In this document: piece by piece, positions 52,417 through 62,287 of the stretch
Numbering within the stretch: the first letter of the stretch is position 1
Layout of the letters: each line of letters opens with the position of its first letter
NCBI RefSeq assembly: GCF_006345805.1
Contig: NC_043001.1
Location: 20,522,001 to 20,586,000, forward strand
DNA from: Octopus sinensis
Taxonomy: Eukaryota
Direction: 5' to 3'
DNA length: 64,000 nucleotides
Notes under the pieces: generated by a model
What the model saw: only the letters and a program-made list of their open reading frames with translations
Database searches by the model: none
Told to the model about the DNA's origin: nothing
Made by a program: the position numbers and the translations under genes

Positions 52417-52536
52417 ATATTTAAAGGGCTAAAAAACCACTATGTGGTTAACCATATGCTAGAAGTAGATCACTTGCGATCAAACTACTTCTAGCATATG
52501 GCTAAACACATAGTGGTTTTTTTGCCCTTTAAATAT
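52417..52536. repeat. Fold-back inverted repeat (about 52-bp arms, 16-nt loop) abutting (TA)n
   Basis: TTAAAGGGCTAAAAAACCACTATGTG...TAGAAGTAG / CTACTTCTA...CACATAGTGGTTTTTTTGCCCTTTAA. Confidence 0.93.
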
Positions 52537-53329
52537 ACACATGTATTAGAATTTTCTCTGATACTTCAGATTTTTGTATGCTAGGCTACTGGTTTTAAAT
52601 TGATATTAATTAAATTAATATTCAATATATATATATAATCATACTTACACAATGGACTTCCTTTCGTTTAATTTCTGTCTACCAAATTCATTCACAAGGC
52701 TTTGGTTGTCCCATGAAGATAATTACCCGAACTGCTTTGCAATGGAACTGAACCCAAAACCTTATAGTTAGGAAGCAAGTTTCTTAACTACACAATTACA
52801 CCTGCATTAGGAAAGCTGGGAATGCCTTTCTTGCAGCTATTTTAATGCTGAACAACACCTACAACAACCTCTACATGTTTGGTTTATGGTTATAAGATCA
52901 TAGATTCAATTCATAGACTAGGCAGCACATTGTGTCCTTGAAGAAAGCACTTCATTTCATATCACTTCAATCTGTTTAGCTGTAATTTGTATCAGTCCAA
53001 TGCCGGTGTAGCCCTCTCTCTCTCACCAATTATCACATCTCGGATGTTCCACTGGGTCCTGAGTGAGGGGGAGAGCAAAAAGGCATCTAGCTCTGCACAC
53101 AACTACATAGACACCTAAAACAGTTAATAAAAATTTGATACATTCTACACCACAAAGTCCAGTCTTTGTTGTGGCATGATGGCTTGTATACCTCAATGAC
53201 TCAGAGAGCTATGCCAGTGAAGTGCGAGCTCCTGCAGAGCCTCCCATGCTGGACAAGTCAAAGAAGAGAAGCCAGATTAATATGGACCACTTCTTCCAAG
53301 ATAGGTTTGCATAGGACAAACTTCACTAT

Positions 53330-53612
53330 GAAAAATAATGGCAAAATTACAGAAACATCAATGACAATTCCAAATCAAGACTTAAGAGAGAAAAGCTATT
53401 TCTACAGGGAAAAACGATATGTTGGGCCTAAAGCTGGAATCCTCAAAGGAGGCAGAAGAGAGGACGCCCTAAAAATTGCTGGAGGCAGGACACTAAGACA
53501 GAGCTGAAAAAGCAGGGATCCAACTGGAGAGAGGCAGAAAAGATAGCCTGGAGTTGAAAACAGTAGAGAAAAGGTGTTGATGTTCTGTAGGGAGTGAAGA
53601 GTTTAAGTAAGT
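53330..53612 (+). mobile_element. 3' end of a different RTE-clade LINE with TAAG tail
   Basis: WNPQRRQKRGRPKNCWRQDTKTELKKQGSNWREAEKIA followed by TAAGTAAGT. Confidence 0.6.
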
Positions 53613-53973
53613 GTGGCTCATGCTATAAAGCCATACATTCACTCACAAGTGATGTCTGGTTGTATTGCATTCCTAAAACCTTTAGCTTTATGCCTTTGGG
53701 AAAAAAAACAAATAGATATCAGTCTAATGTATTTTACTTATGATACTATGACAGTCATATATCAAGCTTTTACTTGCTTCAGTCATTAGACTGTGGCTAT
53801 GCTGGGGCACTGCCTTGAAGAATTTCAGTTGAATGAATCAACCTCAGTGCTTTTTTTTAAGCATGGTACTTATTCTATCAGTCTCTTTTGCCAAACCACT
53901 AAGTTACAGGGATATAAACACTTCAACACCAGTTGGTAAGTGGTAGTGGGGTATGGGGACAAACACATACATA

Positions 53974-54468
53974 CCGTAAATCTTCGGGTATAGTCCGCCC
54001 TTGAGTATAATACACAGGGGATTTTTAGGGGGCTGTTCTTCTGAAAAACCTAAACCTTGTGTATAATACGCACCCCTTCTCTAACTTGAGTCAAGGAGGT
54101 CTATATAACGTCCTTGGTTTGTAAAAATGTATATTGTAACGTCCTTTATTATTATTGTATATATAACAATGCAAACGTGTAGCTTTTTTGTGCATTTTGT
54201 TTGCAGAAAATAAAGAAATAACAGTAATAACATTTAATAAATGTTGCTTACTGCAAGTTATGGATGACTCTTTTATGACTTCATTGCTTTCAGGCTTAGC
54301 TTAAGGTATTTTCGTGCCCAACATCACAAAATGTGTCTGAATAAACATTGCCGAAGAGCAAATAGAGACTCGGACATTACTTAGAAAATATTTTTCATTT
54401 TTAACCTCGTGTATAGTACACACTAGGGATTTTGGGGAAAAACTGCGGATTATACTCGAGGATTTACA

Positions 54469-54469
<1 letters not shown>
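53974..54469. mobile_element. pogo/Tc2-type non-autonomous DNA transposon
   Basis: TA TSD; TIRs CCGTAAATCTTCGGGTATAGTCCGC / reverse complement CTGTAAATCCTCGAGTATAATCCGC. Confidence 0.8.
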
Positions 54470-54516
<47 letters not shown>

Positions 54517-55115
54517 CTTCTTTCAGATCTATCTACCAAATCCACTTGCAAGGCCTTTGTTGGCTTGAGGTTATAGTAGAAGATACTTGCCCAAGGTTCC
54601 ATGCAGTGGGACTGAACCCAGAACCATGTGCTTGGAAAGCAAATCTATCACACAGCCACACACTATTTTCCAATACATACTGTCACTTGTTTCTTTGAGT
54701 CTTACTCATCATCATTGTTGTTTAATATCAGCTTTCCATGCTGGCATGGGTTGGATGGTTTGACTGAGGCCTGGTAAACCAGAAGTCTGCACCAGGCTCC
54801 AATCTGATGAGGCAAAGTTTCTGCAGTGGGATGCCCTTCCTAACACCAACCACTCCGAGAGTGTAGTGGGTGTTTTTGACATGCCACTGGCACAAGGGCC
54901 AGTCAGGCGGTACTGGCATGACCACACTTGAAGGTGCTTTTTACATCCCACTGGCATGGGACCAATCAGCCAGCACTGGCATCGACCAAGCTTGAATGGT
55001 GTTTTTGACACACTACTGGCACGAGAGCCAGTCAGGTGGCACTGGAAATGACCACACTCAAATGGTGCTTTTTATGTGCCACCTGCATGGGTGCCATATA
55101 ACTGAATATGGTTGT

Positions 55116-55350
55116 ACAAAGGTGGCGAGCTGGCAGAAACATTAACATGCCAGGCGAAATACGTAGCCGTATTTTGTCTGTCGTTACGTTCCGAGTTCAA
55201 ATTCCACCGAGGTCGACTTTGCCTTTCATCCTTTCAGGGTCGATAAATTAAGTACCAGTTATGCACTGGGGTCGATATAATCGACTTAATCCCATTGTCT
55301 GTCCTTGTTTGTCTCCTCTGTGTTTAGCCCCTTGTGGGTAGTAAAGAAAT
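55116..55350 (+). mobile_element. SINE family C with perfect 20-bp TSD
   Basis: TSD ATATAACTGAATATGGTTGT at 55096-55115 and 55351-55370. Confidence 0.9.
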
Positions 55351-55411
55351 ATATAACTGAATATGGTTGTGCTTTTAAAGAAACAATTTAATTTATTTCA
55401 ATATTTTACAG

Positions 55412-55519
55412 GTATGAAGAAGTTCATAAGAAAAAAGATGATCACATATCTGTACAGTATATGCCTGATGAAAGCATTCATTTCTCATCAGAACTTCCGA
55501 AATGTATTAAACTTTGCAG
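55412..55519 (+). CDS. IKK: IKK exon (108 nt, phase 2 to phase 2)
   Basis: attttacag|G TAT...AG|gtaagt; (W)YEEVHKKKDDHISVQYMPDESIHFSSELPKCIKLC(S). Confidence 0.9.
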
Positions 55520-55561
55520 GTAAGTTTGAAAATAATCTGTTACTTGGTATTATTTGTTACG

Positions 55562-55890
55562 CATAGCTCACTGGTTAGAGCGTCGAGCTTATGATCGTGA
55601 GGTTGTGAGCTCGAATCCCGGACCGGGCTGCATGTTGTGTTCTTGAGCAAGACACTTTATTTCATGTTGCTCCAGTTCACTCAGCTGTAGAAATGAGTTG
55701 CGACATCACAGGTGCCAAGCTGTATCGGCCTTTGCCTTTCCCTTGGATAACACTGGTGGCGTGGAGAGAAGGAGGCTGGTATGTGTGGGCGACTGCTGGT
55801 CTTCCATAAACAACCTTGCCCGGACTTGTCCCTGGGAGGGTAACTTTCTAGGTGCAATCCCATGGTCTGTGTCGTGACCAAAAGGGATCT
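55562..55890 (+). mobile_element. tRNA-derived SINE family D
   Basis: TAGCTCACTGGTTAGAGCG...GAGCTCGAATCCCG head; reverse copies at ~30025-30350 and ~62960-63110. Confidence 0.8.
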
Positions 55891-56639
55891 CAGATTTGTT
55901 ACTTTGATAATCTATTCAGGTAATGAATCAGCAAAATCCTTAGTACTTTGGACAAAATGTTTCTAGTATGTAGTTACAGCAGTTAATGTTCTGAGTTCCA
56001 ATTACATCATAATCAGTTTTACCTTTTATCCTTCGGGGGTTAGTAAAATATTATAGTTTCAAGTGGGGAAGCCTTTTGATATTTCTTTCTGTCGGGCATC
56101 TGTGATAAAGACTAGAATTATGAAAGAAGATCAGAACCAATTGACAAATAAAAAATAAAGAGAATACCCTCCATCAGGCATTTGCCATATTCTGAATGCC
56201 TTACTTCCCTGGGTATGGACACATTGAAACTCCAACGTCTGGCATCTGACTTGGCAGACACCCATAAAATTATTAACCATCTTACAAACAATAACTCTGA
56301 GCACCTTTTCAAATTCCATTTGTCTAACACCCGTGGACATGTTTACAAAGTCAGAAAACAGCACAGCTCCATTGACTTTCGGAAACACTTTTTCACGCTA
56401 AGAATTGCTGAAGCATGGAACAGACTGCTGGCATCAGTTGTTAGTTGTCGGAGCACTGCATCCTTCAAAACTTCCATGCTTCCTGAGATTCGCCAACACT
56501 ACACCTGATTCTCTCCCCTCCATACACAAGCAAGCATGTATCTGACTCATACACTGTTTGCTTTCCAGACATTTGTACATTACTGCATATGCTTTATACA
56601 CAAAGTTGTGGTGCACCTGAGCACTGTATACAATAATTT

Positions 56640-56665
56640 CATTATTATTATTATTTTTTTTTTTT

Positions 56666-56729
<64 letters not shown>

Positions 56730-56768
56730 GTTGTTGTTGTTGTTGTGTTGTTGTTGTTGTTGTTGTTG

Positions 56769-56804
<36 letters not shown>

Positions 56805-56822
56805 AGCAGCAGCAGCAGCTTG
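56640..56822. repeat. Compound trinucleotide tract (ATT)-(GTT)n-(GCT)n-(GCA)n
   Basis: Direct reading; continues from a LINE tail; source of the poly-Q/A/V ORFs. Confidence 0.95.
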
Positions 56823-56849
56823 TCTCTCAATCTCTTCCTTTCTATTTAA

Positions 56850-57075
56850 CCCTTTAGCATTTAAACCAACCATATCTATCTAAAATATTCTACATGTTTT
56901 ATGATCAAATAAGGCAGATATGGTTTGTTTTTCATACTTACTCTGCAAATATCATTCTGAAAATATCAAAATCACTTGATTGAAATCTCGATGCTATGCG
57001 ATAATGCATAATTAATTCAAAACAATGTGAATAAATAAGGGTTACGTTTGAGAGAGTAATCTGAATACTAAAGGG
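56850..57075. mobile_element. piggyBac-type MITE
   Basis: TTAA|CCCTTTAGCATT ... AATACTAAAGGG|ATAA; same left end at ~44396. Confidence 0.7.
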
Positions 57076-57157
57076 ATAAATTGTATCCATTTCAAATATC
57101 TCCATTTTCATTATTAGAAGTATTTTATGTCTTCTTGTGAATAGTTTTATACTATTA

Positions 57158-57479
57158 ACTAGTACTATGACCCGGCAATGCACATACATGCGAGTACTGT
57201 CCAAATCTCCGATCAATCACATACAGCTAGCTGGCATTCAATTGGCGTATCAAGTTTCGAGCATTTTGATTGGGTTTTGGATGGAAAATTCACCAAAAAG
57301 TCACTTCTGTTGATTTTTTAATGACTTTGCAGGGTGACTGGGGAAATGTAAAGATGTGCACACCACTCTTGGACAGTTTTGAATGACCACAGAAAGTGTG
57401 AGCCCTCTAACTGAAAAATTGTGGATTTCTATAAAGGACACACACACACAGACATTTTGCCGTTTATATATATAGAGAT
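57158..57479 (+). mobile_element. Helentron/HINE-like element (second family)
   Basis: Starts ACTAGTACTATGACCCGGC; ends (CA)n...TTTATATATATAGAGATT. Confidence 0.4.
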
Positions 57480-57529
57480 TCTTTTTATATGAAATTGATG
57501 AGATCAAACTTATTTCTATTATTTTACAG

Positions 57530-57665
57530 TCCCCTAAAACAAAGCTTTGAAAAATGGTTGAAGACGATGCTTTTGTGGGATGCTGATGCTCGTGGCAACG
57601 ACAGTAAAGAGAAATCTAGCAAACAATGGTGTTTCCAGCAATTAGAGAAAATACTAGAAGCTCAG
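57530..57665 (+). CDS. IKK: IKK exon: end of kinase domain
   Basis: attttacag|T CCC...CAG|gtattc, 136 nt; PLKQSFEKWLKTMLLWDADARGNDSKEKSSKQWCFQQLEKILEAQ (compare human LEKWLQLMLMWHPRQRG...CFKALDDIL). Confidence 0.93.
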
Positions 57666-57958
57666 GTATTCAGCTATGTGTGCTGTACTTCGTTAAGCAC
57701 TTTATTCTCTGTAATTTTTTTGCTAATTGATCTATAACCAGTACAGAACTAAAGAACTAAATTATTCGTCTTTTATTTGTTTTTGTCATTGGACTGTTAC
57801 CATGCTAGGGCACTGCTTTGATGGATCAAGCAAATCAACCTTAATACCTTTTTTTTTTAAATCTTGTAATTTTTCTAGTTGTCTCCTTTACCAAACCTCT
57901 TAGTAATGGGAACATAAACAAACCAATACTTGTTGTCAAGCAGTAAGGAGTGACAAAG

Positions 57959-57993
<35 letters not shown>

Positions 57994-58803
57994 CAGGTTG
58001 TGATGGGTAAATTGTCGCCATTTTATATTTTCAATTTCATGCATGCGCATTGTTTGTTTTTGATTTTGTCAACTATACAGTATAGTAGGGTCAGTTGGGC
58101 ACCGTTTGTGAGGGAAACACTCTGCCAGAAATTTGGAAACGCCATGCTGTAGTGCTTGGCATTTGCTCTGGAAGCTCCAATATGAACATTTCAGAGTGTT
58201 TGGGTGTCAGTCTGAGGACATGTACCGAGAGTAATGAAAATCAAACATCCAGTCAACATCATGGTGTTTGGAGTGATCACTAGCGATGGCGAGGTTATAC
58301 CTTCATTCATCTTCCCACACAGCCTCAAACTCAATATATTGGCCTACATCAAGTACCTGGAGGAGGTAGTGCTGCCCTGGGTCAAGAGAGTGGCTGCTGG
58401 AAGACCCTATGTCTGGCAACAAGACTCTGCACCATGTCACACGAGCAGGAGAACACAGTCATGGCTGTCAGACAATTTCTGCAACCACGTCACCCCTAAA
58501 ATCTGGCCACCTAACTCCCCAGACTGCAACTCCCTTGATTATTATGTGTAGGGCGTAGTTGCGTGAGCGACCAACAAAACTCCTTGTAACACCAAAGATG
58601 AACTGAAGGCAAGGATTATGGCAGCATTCACAAACTTAAATAAGGAAGCCGTCCAGAAGAGTTGCAGGAGATTCTGAAGTAGTCGGCAGGCTACTTTAGT
58701 ATTTCAAGATACTTTTATGTAATTTTGCTAAATATACCTGTTAAAATGAGATGTTATTTTGATTTTTGTGTAATTTAAATGACAGTTTAATTGCCACACT
58801 CTG
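57994..58803 (+). mobile_element. Internally deleted DD37D (maT) Tc1/mariner transposon
   Basis: TA-CAGGTTGTGATGGGTAAATTGTC left end and a degenerate right TIR; PEIWKRHAVVLG (HTH), KHPVNIMVFGVITSDG, QQDSAPCH...WPPNSPDCNSLDYYV with 37 residues between the 2nd and 3rd D. Confidence 0.88.
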
Positions 58804-58972
58804 CACACACACGCATGCACGCACTTGATGGCTTTCCACAGTTTCCAAGTACCAAGTTCACTCACAAGACATTGGTCAGCCTAAAGCTACAGTGGAAGAT
58901 GCTGATCCTAGGTGCCATGCAGTGGGACTGAACCTGTTATCTTACCGTTTTTACCAATATATATATATATAT

Positions 58973-59369
58973 ACTAGCAGTATCGCCCGGCATTGCTCGG
59001 GTTTGTAAGGGAAATAATTATATAAGCATTTTTAGAGATGTAAAGTATAATAGCCATCTCAATATGGCTAACCACAAAGGGGGAGGGGTGTTACTGTAGC
59101 TTTTTACGTTCTGAGATTTAATAATAAATTTTAGAGAGTTACTTCCATTATATATGTCACAAATGGATTAAAAATGGGAAAAATTGATGGTAAATTTTTT
59201 TTTAAATCGTAGACTCATCGTAGACGCGCGCTAATACCCAGACGGTCTCGATATGAATCACGACTATAAGATACCCGGTTTTGGTTAAACTGCACCGCAA
59301 AATGTGGGAGTAGTTAGGAATCTAAATCGTAGGAGACAGACACACAACCTCACTTTTATATATAAAGAT
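58973..59369 (+). mobile_element. Helentron/HINE-like non-autonomous element
   Basis: ACTAGCAGTATCGCCCGGCATTGCTCGGG ... CACTTTTATATATAAAGAT. Confidence 0.5.
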
Positions 59370-59430
59370 TTCCTCTATTTACATAATATTGAGGTCTCTT
59401 TCTTTCTTTTGTTATCTTATGTTTTTACCA

Positions 59431-59493
<63 letters not shown>

Positions 59494-59567
59494 TATATAT
59501 ATAGTTACAGAGGTGTACTTGCATAGCAAGTGACTTGATCTGAGATCGTGTGCTGGAACGAAAACAG

Positions 59568-59826
59568 TTGCAGCGTTGAAGGTGTTTATAAGCCATTTAA
59601 GAAACACACAAAAACCGTTAGATTCACTTCAACATTTAAATTTAATTTGTCAAAATATTTTCGTCGCTTTGTGACCGCGACCTGTTAGCACGATATTTTT
59701 GTCAGTGAACAGGTCGCAGTCTCAAAGCGACGAAAATATTTTGGCAAATTAAATTTAAATGTTGAAGTGAATGTAACAGTTTTTGTGTGTTTCTTAAATG
59801 GCTTACAAACACCTTCCACGCTGCAA
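59568..59826. repeat. Long fold-back inverted repeat (119-bp arms, 21-nt loop) between (TA)n tracts
   Basis: TTGCAGCG...GCGACCTGTT / AACAGGTCGC...CGCTGCAA, few mismatches. Confidence 0.96.
59698..59748 (+). ncRNA. Minimal type-I hammerhead motif with G3-C8 swapped core
   Basis: TTTGTCA-GTGAACA-G-GTCGC-AGTCTCAAA-GCGAC-GAA-AATATT-T-TGGCAAA: 7-bp stem I, 5-bp stem II, palindromic stem III AAUAUU, UUU triplet. Confidence 0.6.
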
Positions 59827-60182
59827 TATATATATACACACATATATATATATGTATGTATGTATGTGTGTATATGTGTATGCATGTATGTGTGTGTGTG
59901 TGCGTGTCTGTGCTTGTGATTGTCCTCCACCACTGCTTGACAACGAATGTTGGTTTGTTTACATCCCTGTCACCTAGTGGTTTGACAAAGGAAACAGATA
60001 GAATAAGTACAATGCTTACAAAAATAAAACTGGAGTTGATTCATTAAACTACAATTCTTCAAGGCATTGCCCCAGCATGGCCACAGACCAATGGCTGGAA
60101 AAAGCAGAAGAATAAAAGAATACATTCTCTACTTTGGTCTTATGTTCAAGGCATGAGAAAGCTTGAGTTTACATGAGAAGGC

Positions 60183-60446
60183 CTGGTAGAAACAGCAGCC
60201 AAATCTCCCTCAAATCACACCTTACTGTCTTATGTATGTATATATATATGAGCCAATGAGGGGGACCTCTACATGGTAGCTAGACCTGGTAGAAATAGCA
60301 GCCAAATTTCCCCCAAATCACACCTTACTGTCTTATCTATGTATATATGTATGTATGAGCCTATGAGGGAGACCCCTACATGGCAGCTAGACATGGTAGA
60401 AATAGCAGCCAAATCTCCCTCAAATCACACCTTACTGTCTTATCTT
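60183..60446 (+). repeat. Tandem triplication of a ~105-bp SINE-derived unit
   Basis: GGTAGAAA(C/T)AGCAGCCAAAT(C/T)TCCC(T/C)CAAATCACACCTTACTGTCTTAT at ~60185, ~60288 and ~60395. Confidence 0.85.
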
Positions 60447-60739
60447 TCTGCTACTTGGATATAGGTTACTTTCATTTTATTCGTTGCCCACTGTGTGTGT
60501 GCGTTTGCGTGTGGTGTAAACCAGACTAAGAAAAGCATTTGACACACACACCAGAATGTGAGTTTTCTGTAAATTTTGCTTAATTGGAGTTTAAATTTTA
60601 AAAACTGCACCTGGCATGACGCGATGCATTGTACTCTTAAAAATGCTAGGTAAATTGTAATTGAAGAAATCCTATATTGTAGATTTGTATAACTCCCAAA
60701 GGGAGGCAGATAAAATCTGCCTTTTATAATAAGAGATAT

Positions 60740-60805
<66 letters not shown>

Positions 60806-61509
60806 ACTGGCGTCCGTGCTAGCAGGGTGCAAAGAGCATCATATGAATGTGATCATTGACAGAGCGCCTAACCGGCTTCCGTGCCAGTGGCACTTAAAAG
60901 GCACCATTCGAGTGTGATCATTACCAGTGTCGCCTTACTGGCACTCGAGCCCCGTGCTAGTAGGGTATTAAGAGCACCATCCGAGCGTGATCATTGCCAG
61001 AGCGGCTATCTGGCCTCTGTGCTGGTGGCACATAAAAGACACCATTCGAGCGTGATCGTTACCAGCATCGCCTTACTGGCACCTGTGCTGGTGACATGTG
61101 TAAAAGATTCAAGCGAGGTCATTGCCAGTACCGCCTTACTGGCCCTGTGCCGGTGGCACATAAAAGCACCCTCTACACTCTCAGAGTGGTTGGCGTTAGG
61201 AAGGGCATCAAGCTGTAGAAACTCTGCCAAATCAAGATTGAAGCCTGGCGCAGCCATCTGGTTCGCCAGCCCTCAGTCAAATCATCCAACCCATGCTAGC
61301 ATGGAAAGCGGATGTTAAACGATGATGATGATGATGATATAATTACTGGTATCTTTATATATTAATATATTTTATATGTAAAGCATAATATGTTATACAT
61401 GTATGTATATTCTTGTAATTGTCATTTTAGTAAATAAATAAATAAGTTGACATAATATAATGTCTAAAAGTTGATGAATCCCCTATTGATCCCTCCCATT
61501 TTCTTATTG

Positions 61510-61545
<36 letters not shown>

Positions 61546-62095
61546 GATATACACACACACACACCACTTTGTCAAGAAGTTTGCTTCACAGCCATATAAT
61601 TCCAATTTGATCCCAGTATTTTCTGCTATAGCCTTGGGAGTAAAATTTGGTTGCTGGAAACTGCACAGGTCATTGTGTGCCTGCTTCTCTCTCTCTCTCT
61701 CTCTCTCTCATATGTGTGTGTTTGAGTATACGAGTATAAACACCATAAATATATCTATACCTGTAAAAAGTCAGCCATTCATTAAACAGAGTCCAATAAA
61801 AAATGTGCCAAACCAAACTCTGGGACTGATATAAATAATTGACTAAAATACATGAAGGTGGTCCCAGCATGGGTATGATATCCACTCACTGAAATTAGTA
61901 AAACGGTAAAAGAAAATCTTAGCCATTGATTGATTTTTTTTTTTTCTTAATTATAACAAAAATTCATTCATTCATAATTGCTTCCCAAATGTAATTTTAA
62001 GGAGAAACATAAAATATTTTGTGATAACAATGTTAACATTAAATGTGCTTCATTATCTTCAGACAGTCTTCATTTAAATATTCTATATTTTCCAG

Positions 62096-62287
62096 ATACT
62101 GCGCATCTATCATGTCACAAAAAACAATTTGCTGTGTTATATGTTGGAACCAGATCAAAGAATTGATGCCATACAGAATATAATATCTATGGAAGCTGAT
62201 GTCCCTTCGAATGAACAAATCATTATCAAAGGAGATGGTCATCTTATTGATCGGCAGCAATTTGCTAAAGATTTCCTCTCAAATAAT
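62096..62287 (+). CDS. IKK: IKK exon: ubiquitin-like domain
   Basis: attttccag|ATA...AAT|gtaatt, 192 nt; ILRIYHVTKNNLLCYMLEPDQRIDAIQNIISMEADVPSNEQIIIKGDGHLIDRQQFAKDFLSNN, positionally equivalent to the IKKbeta ULD exon; missed by the ORF track. Confidence 0.85.

Noticed and set aside
55463-55492. CTGATGA...TCATCAG inside an IKK exon as hammerhead or C/D snoRNA
   Set aside because: No stem II-GAAA-stem III arrangement; explained by codons; 7-bp self-complementarity likely chance
56536-56883. Poly-Q/poly-A ORF resembling a transcription factor
   Set aside because: Trinucleotide tract continuous with a LINE tail; no splice or domain context
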